A DNA stretch of 62,622 nucleotides, filler included, from Choristocarpus tenellus KU-1152 (Eukaryota > Protista > Phaeophyceae): NCBI GenBank assembly GCA_964200185.2. It is 10 parts of 10 records of this genome, joined end to end, with 100 filler letters (N's around TTAATTAATTAA, not from the genome) between each part and the next. Parts side by side here need not be neighbours in the genome. Positions count along the whole stretch, not along the records: positions 33,561 to 41,589 come from CAXNAD020005252.1; positions 41,690 to 44,838 come from CAXNAD020021961.1; positions 44,939 to 48,234 come from CAXNAD020020965.1; positions 48,335 to 62,622 come from CAXNAD020001237.1; 6 more parts are not named here. One strand, 5' to 3'. Positions 37,534-49,460 of this stretch are shown piece after piece. Made by a program: the position numbers and the translations under genes. A model generated the notes under the pieces. It ran no database searches. It saw only the letters and a list, made by a program, of their open reading frames with translations, and was not told where the DNA came from. Position 1 is the stretch's first letter; each line of letters begins with the position of its first letter.

Positions 37534-38251
37534 TGTCAGGGACAGGTCGCCTTTTTGGGATTTCCCGATACCGATGAGGATAATACGTAGGGTCATATAC
37601 ATTTGCGAGCGCCACCTTTTGCCATTGAGGCCAGCCCAAGTGATGTGGCGTGGGTTAGACGCACAACCGGCTCGAGGTAACCCCAACATGAACGGTGGAT
37701 TCAAATCAGCAAAGCCGAGATTGTGTACTCTGTTCTGACTGATCACAATCAATCGCATTGGAGATTGATCCACATGGCACTCTGAGGCTGTGAACATACA
37801 CCCAGCATGCCTCAGTCTCATCTCTCACTTCCATTCTGATCCTCGTCTCTGGTGTTTCTCATCACCCTCCCATCACACAGAACCAGGTCCAATAACAACA
37901 GTGATACTCTCACCCATCTGTGTTGGGGGGTCACTAGAGATGTAGGGCTACGTCACAATGGTAGACAAGAAGGAAGCTCAACCAACTCAAAAGGTTGTTG
38001 ACCCTAGTCAGAAAGTCGAGACAACTTCGAGAAATAAAGCACCATCAGGGAAGTGTAGGTGAGAGAAAGAATAATCCAATATCCTGCAGGTGCAGATCCT
38101 GAGCCCCATCAAAAGGGCTCATACACGCTTGGCATTTTGCTTGAACACAAGGGCAGTGTCCAATGCCTCAGTCTCATCTCTCACTTCCTTCTGAACCTCA
38201 TATCTGGGTATTCTCACCACCCCCCATAACACAGAACCAGGTCCCATAACA
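37534..38251 (+). mobile_element. Internally deleted LTR element: full LTR 37534-37897, short internal part, partial LTR about 38164-38251
   Basis: TGTCAG...TAACA ends; the 3' part of the LTR is repeated; homologous to 53401-53760. Confidence 0.8.
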
Positions 38252-39173
38252 CTACTATTATCATAATTATTCTATCATTATTATTGCTATTATTTCAACT
38301 AATATTATCACCAATACTATTATTACTATTATTGTTATTATAATGATTATGACAATGATGATCAATATTATTGAACCCAAGTAAATGAGAGTTACCCAGG
38401 TTTGATTGTTTTGCGTTCTAACCCGGTTTGTCAATCTTTGTGATTCACCCATATTTATTTGGATGAAGTGCTAAGTTTGACTGGAGAGTCGATTTCTCCA
38501 TTGTTTGAAACGTTTCGATACAATTAAGAAAATATCCCATATACATGTTTGTAAGAAAAGTCGAATTTTGCACATATTCGTCAGTACCCTTAAAATGTAA
38601 CTCTGGGTAGCTCTTTTCTACTTTGGCTCATTATTTACTTCCATGTTTAGTCAAATGTTGAAGAACCATCACTGCTTCTGGACTTGTTGAAGGGGCACTG
38701 TTCTCAGGCATCGAGTTGGAGACAACGACTTGGTGATCATTCGTGCCTCTTGTTATTGTCGTTGAGATCTTTTTATGCACAATCCATTCGTAGTTGAGAG
38801 ATTAGAACAATTCCCCTCACTACAAAACGCCGTTGATCCCCTACCCCCCCCCCTCCTTGTGTCATTAACGGTCTTTTTATTATTACCATTAATGATCCTT
38901 CTGCATTTCAATGTTGTTATTTCTTTATTGTGACTTACGTCAGATTGTTGTGATTGCATTCATGTATTGGGTTTTGGGGGGCATATGCGTGTAGTATGCT
39001 GGTTTAGGCAAGGAAGTTCTGCCTGTAGTTAATTGTTGCTTCGTGGTGAGTGACTGTTCTTGTTGTCATGTTGCACCAACGTAGGTGACAACGAGGGGTT
39101 TGGTATATTCCAACTCATATTCGCAATCCATTTGGAGTTGAGAGATCATGGCAACCCCCCATCTATAATATTA

Positions 39174-40870
39174 CTTCCTCCGTTTTAAATAAAATGTAAC
39201 AAAATTTTTGCAGCCCCACTAAAGAAGCTTTTTTTTTTCCGTACTCATATCTTATGGGTGTATTGTGCAGACACTAAAAGGGTTGCCCATCAAAATCTCT
39301 TGCAAAATGGGGCAAGCTACAGTTATCTATGATTTTCCCCCGGTAGCCCTCAAAAACTCCCTTTCATCACGATATTTCGCCACATCCACTGGGGCATTTG
39401 GGGGGAGCTTGCCCGCCTTCTCAACCTTTCCCTGCTAAGATGTGGAATTTCGAAGATGTTGTCACACTTGGATCCCAGCACTTCGATGTAGATTGCGAAG
39501 AGCTCTGCCAGACGCACTCTAGTGTCTCTCGGGGGTACACATCGAACGTCTCCGTTGTGGCCTCCACCAGCTCCTTTGTATTGGTCACCCCACACCTTCC
39601 TTCATTTGCTGGATGGACTGAAAGTATCCCAGATCGTTGACGTTGAGGTCAGGAGAGTTGGCTGGCTGGTCTCTATGGCAATGTCGTCCCCTGCCACCTC
39701 CTCGATTGCGCCCATGATCCTCGCCCCCTTTGTGTGTGGCTTTGCCCCGTCCTACTGCACGAAGATGGTTTGTCCTTCTGGCCTAGGCACACGTGCCTTG
39801 ATTACTGGGATGGCATCCTCGATCATGAGGTTCTTATACTTCTCCCCTATAACCATGGCTGGCACAAGCACCTTTTGGTGCCCTTGAGGCAGTGTTTGCT
39901 AGAGTGTTTAGCAACCTTAGTGCCCACGATTGGTCGGATCCCGATTTTCCCATCAAACCACACCTCATTGGAGAGTTTCCTAGGGTGGGTCACAGCTGCA
40001 AGGAACATCAACTTTGTAATATAAGGTTAATAATGTGTCTGTAGGGGTTTGGAGGGGTCTTCAGTGGAGTGCAGGTACACACCTTGCCTATCTTTGAGGA
40101 TGTCAAACTTCTCGTCCACACACACACAGTCATATAGATCGTTGACAAATACCACACTCCACCCCCTCCTTTGCGTGTAACTGATGACGAAACCCACCCT
40201 GCTGAGTTTCTGCTGGCCGTAGAGGACTGGCTCAATGCACCACTTGACCTTCTTCACCTTCTCGCGCTTGCACAGAGATCCCACAATTAGGCAAGGAAGA
40301 CCCCAGCTTTGGCCGTCGATTTGCGGAAGGATGTGCGGTGTACGGATGGGATATCCCTAACGTCGAGGATACTTGTAAGGCGGCCACATCGCCCCTTACA
40401 ACGTCGTACAAAGTCCATGCGTTCACCCCGTGTGACCTGAAGTCCTCCAAGATGGCCGCCGCCGTCTTCCAAGGTATCCGAGGGTCTAGCCCTCTTGCTT
40501 CTAGGCATTGCGCCACCACGCTGTTCTTTGTCAGGATGATTGAGTCTGTACCCTGGACAGACTTGTGGGCCGAAGAATTGGGACCGAAGGGCGACTATGG
40601 GATGAGCAAGCCGCTCGAATGACGGAGGGCATTTGGCCTCGGCATCCCAATAAATATCAACTTTGACAGTTTCACGAGGCTTTTGAACCAGTCAAATGCA
40701 ACTTGGCCGACCTTGCACTGGTGATCATTACAGCCTACCATCTCAATCTTGCACGTCTCCCAATCTATGCGAGAACTAAGCCTCGCCCAGAGGGTTTATC
40801 ACGCGGGTCGTTCCCGGGCGGGAACGGAGCTTGCCAAAGTTATGTTACATTTAATTCCAAACGGAGGAAG
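39174..40870 (-). mobile_element. Full-length degenerate plant-type (DD39D-like) Tc1/mariner transposon
   Basis: TIRs of about 35 bp (CTTCCTCCGTTT...ATGTAACA) at both ends, TA on the left flank. Transposase motifs VDEKF, ITKLMFLAAV, WFDGKIG, IFVQ*DGAKPH and QPANSPDLNVNDLGYFQSIQ; stops and frameshifts present. Confidence 0.9.
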
Positions 40871-41521
40871 ACGCTGCTAAACCCCCACCCCCTCCTTCCT
40901 CGTGAAAAATATAGTGTTGCTACAATTGCCACTAATGCATCTTCTACGTTTATTCATTTTCTTCTCCTTCTAGTGAGCTATCTTAGATTGTTGGGGTAGA
41001 TGCATACATGTATTTGGGATTTTAGTATTTGACATTGTGCGTCCCTTCAACACTACTCCCACTAAGTACTACTATCACTACTGCTTCTAGCATTGCCATT
41101 TCTAGTTCCAGCTTTTTGTCAATCAATTGCTTCTCTACAACAACAGGATCATCATTACTGTTTTTATTCTTACACTCAATGTAGAGAACTACCGTTGATA
41201 CTCATACATCCAATACTACTACTACTACACAATAATAATGAAGCAAAGATCATTGACTATAAGTTATAATGATTAAATGTTGACAGCAACAATAACAACG
41301 CTAGAAGAGGGGACGGAGGAGAAAAATAGGAAGTATAATCACTTTGTGCATGCAACTATCAGTGCATGCCGTGAGTGTGGTGGTGGTAGCAGTTGTAGTA
41401 CTGATCGTAAGTAGTAGTAGTAGCAAAAATAGTAGTAGAGTACTCAAAACAACACACGTTCACACACAAGATAACATACGGGGTAATGACAGACCGAAGA
41501 AACAATAGGCATCATCGTGGT

Positions 41522-41589
41522 GACCCAAAGTATCTGGGAGGGGGGGGGGGGCTACCACAGGGTGGCCAATTGGACCAAAATCAGGAAAA
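41522..41589 (-). mobile_element. MITE family B end, cut by contig end
   Basis: GACCCAAAGTATCTGGGAGGGGGGGGGGG...ACCAAAATCAGGAAAA is the reverse complement of the family B right end. Confidence 0.8.
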
Positions 41590-43477
41590 NNNNNNNNNNN
41601 NNNNNNNNNNNNNNNNNNNNNNNNNNNNNNNNNTTAATTAATTAANNNNNNNNNNNNNNNNNNNNNNNNNNNNNNNNNNNNNNNNNNNNTGGGCTGATGC
41701 ATACGGGCAGTTCATGCCTCACAAGTCAACAATTGTGATCTACGCCGCGAACAAACAGGTCGGTTTTGCCCTTGGTTGTGGAGAGGTTGGCTGCACCCTG
41801 TGTTGGAGTTAGATGCAAACCGTGAGACCCGGCAGTACGTAGAAAAGGTGGATCTAAGTAGTATTTCGAGTGGTGGATGTTCATTACTTTGACCGGTCTG
41901 ATATTATGGTTAAAAGAACATGTCAAGATTCATACAAAGTGCTATCTTTTCGTTTGCTATGTCGATATTTTAATATTCATGATGATCCTCTTTGTCGATT
42001 TTACGAAGGAAGACACAATAACTGCTATTTCAACGCCGAGCACACATACTCTGCGGCCCCGGGCCCGGTCTGACATTGGTAGGAAAAGTGTGTACTTCGT
42101 ATGTCTAAAGCGCTTCGCGATGATGAGGATGATGGTGGTAGATTCGCCTCCTTTGTCGCCTCTGCAAACGGCAGCGAGGCCCGAACAGAATGACGCTCAT
42201 GGCAGATTTAATCAGATCATTGTATTTTCTCTTTCGTAACGCACAATGTAAGCTTGCTTGATCCTGCCTTTCGCGTTCTTAGTCAAGGTATTGGTCAGCC
42301 CGCCTTTGAGAGATGTTGCAGGGGTGTTCTTCGAGTGTTCCTTCTCAATAACTCCTCACTTGCCCACAAAACCAACATTTTTAATTTGGAGCTATACAAG
42401 GATTTTTGCAAAGAGGCAATACGGGTGTATCCTGACGACCCTTCCAAGCGGGTAAGCAAGGCGCACTTCCTACGATTGCTCAGAGAGGACAGGCCGAACA
42501 TCCGGGTGAGGTTAGGAGGCGAGTTTATGAAATGTGACATATGTGTCACATTAAAAGAGAAGCGGCACGGTGCGCCTGGTGTAAAATCCACGAACGACTC
42601 CACCGTCCTCGAGTCCATTGATAAGGAGCTGTCAGACCATCGAGAGGTAGGTGTCCAACGTTAATTTTGCAACAAGGGTACAGTGACAACATGTCGCCGT
42701 AATTGCCCTCCGTTTTGAAGTAAATGTGAGTCCTTTTGCGAATAAAGACTCCCACATAGGTGTTTATGGCAGCAGCAGTAGCCTCACTCACCACAAAACT
42801 TGCGGTTATTAACTGCCCAAACACCTTGTACGATAGACTGCTTCCTGGTCGTGTACAACGGGCTGTGGGAGGGACAGGTCATGTAGCGGTCTTCCGGCCC
42901 GGTACGTGCGTACTTCCTACCGTCCCGATAACCCTGTGTTTGCCTTAAACGCAGCAATAAAAACATATCCCAATACAAACATCTATTGTTACCCAGATTT
43001 CATTCTTGTTACTAACCTGATACGTGTTAACAAGTGGTATTTTGTTTTTAACTCTGAGCTGATTTATTTGATTAATTCACGTGATGTTGCTGTCCCCCAT
43101 TCGCCAGATTCTCCAAGCGGATCGGCTGGTCATCGCCAACAGCACCAGCAGCGACATGTGGGCCAAAGCCGACGGCAAACCTCTCGGCTTCGTGTTCATG
43201 TCCGTAGACGCCGCAAACCAGACAGCACTCGCCCTCCCAGCACTTTATCCACCTACCCACGGCGGTGACAGGTAACCACACGCATGCATAGTCCATCCAA
43301 CAACAACTTTGCAGCCGCACGCGGAACAGAATAGACGACCATGTTTTATTCTACGAATGAGTGCAAAGTCCCAAGAAATAATCGCCAAACCAAAAGCACA
43401 TAATTCCACTACCTATTCCGTTCATCATGATGACCTTTCTTTACAAGTTCCTTTCGTTCATGTCTCCCTTATCAGGG

Positions 43478-43737
43478 GAGCCAAAGTATCTTAGAGGGTA
43501 CAGCCACGTCCATTTGGAGGTCAAAATCCATTTTTACGATTTCGATGTAATTTTGACTATCTTGTTTCTTGGGAAGTGTCAATATTCTTGTTCTGGAGAC
43601 CCCTTTTCATGACATACACATTTTATCTACTGCACAAACATTTTGGAGTAGGAAAATGCCATAAAAATGTCCATGGGAAGCCAAGCCCCAAATTGACAAA
43701 CAGGGCAAAACTCGTACCCTCTAAGAAACTTTCACAC
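43478..43737 (+). mobile_element. MITE family A, full copy at an intron/exon boundary
   Basis: GAGCCAAAGTATC...AAGAAACTTTCACAC with an AGGG/AGGG duplication (43474-77, 43738-41). Confidence 0.9.
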
Positions 43738-44643
43738 AGGGGCTACTCCAAGCGTCAGAAGATCATGGCCGCACACGTCGAAGGCCAATTCGCAGAGGTG
43801 TTCTTCACTCCTATCAATCTTGGAGGAGGTACGTATTGTGGGTCGTGGCGAACAATCACATGACCGAATAGATGCTGGTTGCGCATGCACCACTTGATTT
43901 ATCATCGCGGCGAGTGGACCTGCCGTAGGTTAAATCCGTAAGGACGAGTACATCCTTACACAATGTGCCTACAGATACCGCAGGCCTAGTGAACAGTCGA
44001 TTAACTGATGATGCGCTGTGCTCCCCTGCCCTCCTACGCCTCAGTTTAGGGTTAGGGCGAGAGGAACGTAAGAGCTAATCAACGGGTGGTGGAGATCGCA
44101 GACATGTACATCAACCGTATGGGTGTATGTCCTCTACATTGCATAAACAAATTACATTACCCCTCTTTTTAGCTCCAAATAAACAATTCGTAAGTGAGCA
44201 GAGTACCTTTTGCCAACAGTTGCTGAACATCATTGTTCGCACAGGTTGTAACCTTGTCTGCACAGCCGCCCACCTTGCCCTCACAAGGCTTATTGACAAG
44301 TACCACAACAGCCTCGATCACGCGGGGAATTGCATCATCCAGCACGCGCATTGGCAGGTAAGAAGGTTTCATCTTGACACGACCTACTCAACACATACTC
44401 GCAGAATACCAGTCACCAAGTAACTAACTGCACGGTCCTTAGTTTTGGTTTGTGTGTTGCAACCTGCATGTATGATTGTGGTGATGTAGAGATTGCGCTC
44501 TAGCAATACTGGAAACCTACCCTGTTCCTCCACGAAACGCGGCGAAATGGGCTGACATATCAGCCTCACGCCTATCCCTCGCTCGCTCCCAACTCCCCAA
44601 ACTGGCCAAGTCGACAACTGCGTCTCAGAGAACAAGAACAATT

Positions 44644-44822
44644 GGGTCAAAGTATCTGGGGGGGGGGTGTCGGTGTCCGTTTTTTACCCTTTTTTCGATT
44701 CTCACTTTTTTGGTATGATTTGGTCGCACATGTCGGATTTGAAATGTCAGCAAAAAAAAAACTGTTTGACCGAAACGGACACCCCCTCACAAACCACCCC
44801 CCCCCCCCAGATACTTTGACCC
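44644..44822 (+). mobile_element. MITE family B variant with perfect TIRs, inside the transposase catalytic exon
   Basis: GGGTCAAAGTATCTGGGGGGGGGG ... CCCCCCCCCCAGATACTTTGACCC; no clean TSD visible. Confidence 0.85.
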
Positions 44823-45942
44823 TGAAAGCGCCTACTTTNNNNNNNNNNNNNNNNNNNNNNNNNNNNNNNNNNNNNNNNNNNNTTAATTAATTAANNNNNN
44901 NNNNNNNNNNNNNNNNNNNNNNNNNNNNNNNNNNNNNNCTTCCCCCCCCCCCTCCCCTCACCCCACCCCACCCTGTTCAGCCGTAACCCTGACAGTCATC
45001 AACACTCTGATAGTAGAAGCACAAACAACGGAGGAGGTTACGACCCTAACCCTAACACAGTAATTGTGCGCATGTTGGCCCTAACTTTTTAAACACTTGT
45101 AATATCCCCAACTCCAACCCTCACCCTAGGCCCACACCACACCCTCACCTCAATCCCCTGGTAAAATATCTCCTTTCCCTTACAAGAGATCTTACTTCCT
45201 TCTGTTGAGCATCGGTTTGAACGGTTTGCGGGGAGGTTTGATTACAGACAATAAAAATCCTGAAATCTACTTGAAAACATGTATGTAGAATATTTAAGAA
45301 ATAAATAAATTCATGTATATATACATATATATATATCCGCCATGTTGTGTGCACTCAAAAAAAACAAAAAAGTGAAAAAAAGAAAAATGTTTTTTTTCGG
45401 CGAAATGCTACGAAAGTTCTAATTTAGAAAAACTAAACTAAACTAAACTAAACTAAACAGTAATTTTTCTGCGAGCATACGCTCTAAACATTTTGAAAAA
45501 AAGAAAAACATTCCATGTTGATCCATTCCATCGACGGCCCGGAAAGGTCCGCTTCCATCAGCGATAGCTAAGTTGTTGTTTTTTTTCACATCCTGGGGCA
45601 AGTGTCCCCCTCTCCCCCCTTGCATTGTCCTCGACAACCATTGTAATTGGCTGAATAGCCCCGAGCATCGCGCTGGATGCGAGATGTTCTAAACCAAAAA
45701 TGCTCTAACCCTAATCCTAACCCTAATCCTAACCCTAATCCTTCACAACAGACTGCAGATATATATATATATATATATATATATATTGCTAGAGCAAATG
45801 CCCCCGATTAATTGTTCTCCAGGACAAGAGATCAGTTACGGATTGAATTTGACTTGAGTAGTTTCAGGGTGAGGAACGAGATTCGAGCTTTGTTGCATGG
45901 TGTGAGGTGTTGTTGTGAAGTTAGAATAGGGTTCGCCGCATG

Positions 45943-46047
45943 AGATGACAGTCTTGATGGCAGTCTTGATGACAGTCTTGATGGCAGGCAGTCTTGATGA
46001 CAGTCTTGATGGCAGGCAGTCTCGATGACAGTCTTGATGGCAGTCTT
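45943..46047. repeat. 12-bp microsatellite GAT(G/A)RCAGTCTT with GCAG insertions
   Basis: About eight tandem units read directly. Confidence 0.85.
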
Positions 46048-46172
46048 TGCTACATAGTGTCGCACGCCTGCCAAGGTCTTCTTCAACACCAAAAAACAAA
46101 ACAAAAACTGGCTCAAAGTATATGGATACCCTGAGAAGGTCATTAAGATAGGAGCACGCACAGACAATATAG

Positions 46173-46355
46173 TATTATATGAAAGAAGAGATCACCGGGT
46201 GGTTATACACCTGACTTAGTAACCCTAACCCTATTATATGAAAGAAGAGATCACCAGGTGGTTATACACCTGACTTAATAACCCTAACCCTATTATATGA
46301 AAGAAGAGATCACCGGGTGGTTATACACCTGACTTAGTAGCCCTAACCCTATTAT
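46173..46355. repeat. 59-bp tandem repeat, three copies, each ending in AACCCTAACCC
   Basis: Units start at 46173, 46232 and 46291; near-identical, no spacers. Confidence 0.92.
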
Positions 46356-46667
46356 TTCAAACAGCAAGTGAGATGCAAGAATTGATCGAACCGATCTCAG
46401 CGATAGAACGTTTATGTCTTCACTTAGTACTATTGATAGTGTGAGTAGGGAGTTCTACACCTTGGATAAAACGCCTTCCAGTTGTACGTGGTACACCTCA
46501 TATATATATACATATATACATAATACATACATACATACATACATACAAACACGTATCTATTTGTTTTCTTCTATCAATACTTTAATTCAAACATTGCTAC
46601 AAGACATCCTCCCTTCCCTCCACCCCTTCGCCACCCATAACATGCCTGTCTTTGGGAAACCCCACAG

Positions 46668-48052
46668 GATAAGCCCACCACTGTGATTTCGTGTGTGGGG
46701 CTGGGTCTGAGCCTAGCAGGGCATCACATGTACCCTGAGCCGCCTGGTGGGGGGCGGAACAAGCCTCGCAAGGTGACTGCTCGCTTCGACAACGCCTTCC
46801 CAGTGTGGGAGATTTCTGACCTCAAGTCCATGACGATGGGTGAGATGTAATGTGGTAGAAACCTTCATACAAAACAAGCAGAATAAGAATAATATATATG
46901 AATAAAAAAATATGTATTTAAGAAATTGTGTAAATGAATAAAGTAATATATATGTATGAATAAAAAAATATGTATGTATGTGTGTGTATGTGGTACTTTG
47001 AATCTATTTTTTTTTAGGGAGGGGGGAGGAGAGGCTTAATCTGCTGTGTACCAATGTATTTACTATTGTTTTTTTAAGGTCTTACGTGGTACATTTTGGC
47101 AGTCTGCTAAGAGTACTTGGTACTGTTTTGCCTACCTTATGTAGAAGGAAAACAAAAGAAAACAAAAAATTATTCTGTTTATTTAAAAACAAGACGTGTT
47201 TATTGTACTGTGTTTGTTGCAGTGTTTTTATTATTCTGAAGTCGCTCTCTATCGTCTACACAGGATAATGGTATGGGAAGCAGGGTGTTGGGCACACACT
47301 GGGCTGATGAGTATTCTCCTTCCTTGCTAGAGTAACTAGACAAACTTGAAACTGTTCTTATTATTAGAATAATTCTACACCGTAGTCATGCAGCACTCCT
47401 TCCCTTGTACTTTCAGGTATACCTTATTGATGCACTTCTTTTTATGTACCTTCTTCCTCGATATACCTCCTTTCCCATGCTGTACCCTTTTATGGAGTGC
47501 ATTCATTCCTGTAGATTCCTCTCTTGTTGTACCTTATTTGAATGCACCTCCTTCCCCATGCTGTACCCTTTTGATGCATCTTTCTTGCACCTATCGATTT
47601 CCCGTACCCCCCCCCCCCCCCTGTGATGTACCTCAATCCCCAAAAAACCTCTTTTGTTTTCTTCTGTAACAATTTACTCACACCTTCTTTACCATCACAC
47701 ACCTTTTATGTACCCTTTTTGGACTATTTCCCCCCCTAATCTGTACCTTATGTTGTACCTCTTTGCTTCAGAATACTCTTTTGCCACATTGCTCCTCAAC
47801 CTTCATAGCCGTACCTTAATTATGATGTACCTTAATTATATACTTTTTGTACCCTTTCTTGTTCCCTTGTGAAAATTACAAGGGAAATTTGTGACTGTGA
47901 TTGGCAATGTCGTTCGTGTCTCTGCCATCTCCGGACTGGTTCTTCAAGCCGCCTTCGCCTGCCCAAGGTGTGGCTGTGAACAGACTAGGCAATTTGTGGA
48001 TGGAAAACACAATCCTCCCCGGTCATGCACAGGAGCCAATTGCAAGGCTAGG
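46668..48052 (+). CDS. MCM8: Two internal exons (46668-46839, 47883-48052) of an MCM8-like helicase
   Basis: DKPTTVISCVGLG..VTARFDN..ISDLKSMTM-G-KFVTVIGNVVRVS..AFACPRCG..DGKHNPPRSCTGANCKAR. G|GG joins in frame; the OB fold plus CxxC...CxxxxC zinc finger and DGK motif resemble MCM8; canonical cag/gtgag sites. Confidence 0.85.
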
Positions 48053-48789
48053 GTGAGATTTTTAAAAAATATGTATTTTGAATGGGGGAGGGGGGAGGAG
48101 CGTGGGACAGAAGTATATATATATATATATATATATATAAGATGAGTAACAAAGACGGAATTTAAAAAAATAAAAACGAGAACTGCAGCTCGAGTGCGTT
48201 TTTTTTTTTAGAGGTTGTGCGATCCTATTTAGAGNNNNNNNNNNNNNNNNNNNNNNNNNNNNNNNNNNNNNNNNNNNNTTAATTAATTAANNNNNNNNNN
48301 NNNNNNNNNNNNNNNNNNNNNNNNNNNNNNNNNNGAGTGAGCTTCAAAGCTCAAAGGGGGTCATCACCTTACGATTCACATATTCTCTAATAAACCGTCA
48401 TTCAATCCGTTGTACTAAAATAACCCGCAGACAATATTTTAGTTGTCACCTAATAAAGACATACTATCGGGGTATATTATAATAACCCGCGGACAATATT
48501 TTCATTATCCAACAATACTTCAACAACTAAATGTTTCTCCCACAGAATTATATTTTTGCATATGAATAAAAAGCATATTCTTAACAATGTTTAACAACCG
48601 TTGTTTACCGTGTATGATGCTTGGAAGATCAATGTGAAGTGAAAGTTCATATGATCGGACTTAAACCCTTTAAGGAAGGAGCAGCCACTAAACCTGACGT
48701 AAATGCCCTTATTTCACTCTTTTAGGACATATATTACCCGAATCAGATCTTGATCACGTGTCAAAGACACAACCGACTATTAGGTCTTA

Positions 48790-49460
48790 CAATGTAGATG
48801 GCGTTGTTGACCATAAGATCACGTGGATAGACCCAATACTGTTGTTTGTCTTACCTTCCTCATGTCGATAAGATACTAATGGCGACTTGAGCAGCAACAG
48901 TTTAAAGTATTCAACAGAAGTATCAGTTACACACTACTCAGATGGATCTAAGAGTCTTTGACTGTTTCACATTCCTCATAAAATAAGACAATATCTGCGA
49001 CTAAAGCTGAAAATACTTTGATTTATTTCGTAGAAATATCTTTTTCACAATACTTGAAATAGATCCAAGATGATTGTTTGACTTCCTCCATTTCACCATA
49101 AAAATCTGATAATGACTTGTGCGGCAATACTTTAATGTATCCCCTTAATATTTTTTTCGTTATGCATGGCTTGATTGGATTGAAAACTGTGGTTTGACCG
49201 TATCGCCTTCCCGACATCAACAAGAGATGAGTGGTGACTTGAACGGCTACAATTTGAAGTATTCAATAGAAGTATAGGTTACACAACTGCTCGAATGGAT
49301 TCAAGACAGTTGCTTTGCCGTTTCACCTTCCCCATATCTATACCTTTGTAATGATACCTTGAGCGGCATTATTTCGAAGCAGTCAATAGAGGATCAGTTA
49401 CTAATGGTATGGATGGATCCAACACTATTGTTTGACCGTTTTTATCCATTTCCATCAGAT
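48790..49460 (+). repeat. Degenerate tandem repeats (about 110-130 bp), probably a decayed repeat-protein gene
   Basis: AAGTATTCAA.AGAAGTAT..GTTACACA...GATGGAT units; translations LLRWI*ESLTVSHS, WLDWIENCGLTVSPS, LLEWIQDSCFAVSPS, YGWIQHYCLTVF. Confidence 0.55.

Larger units (their letters stand above)
41690..44838 (+). pseudogene. Intron-rich Sola1-like transposase gene fragment (exons 41690-41758, 42392-42646, 43108-43271, 43740-43828, 44245-44357, 44610-44643+)
   Basis: Phase-consistent splicing gives WADAYGQFMPHK..NKQ/LYKDF..FMKCDICVTL..DHRE/ILQADR..MSVDAANQTALALP..DR/GYSKRQKIMAAHVEG..LGG/GCNLVCT..HWQ/VDNCVSENKNN. The last acceptor reads AA instead of AG, and a MITE interrupts at 44644. 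Confidence 0.8.

Noticed and set aside
44646-44828. MITE B as a perfectly spliced new intron (GT 44646, AG 44828)
   Set aside because: The donor GTCAAA is weak, the upstream acceptor is already mutated, and only 10 bases follow before the contig end, so it cannot be supported.
46173-46355. 59-bp repeats as a CRISPR array
   Set aside because: Units are contiguous with no unique spacers, no cas genes, eukaryotic intron context.
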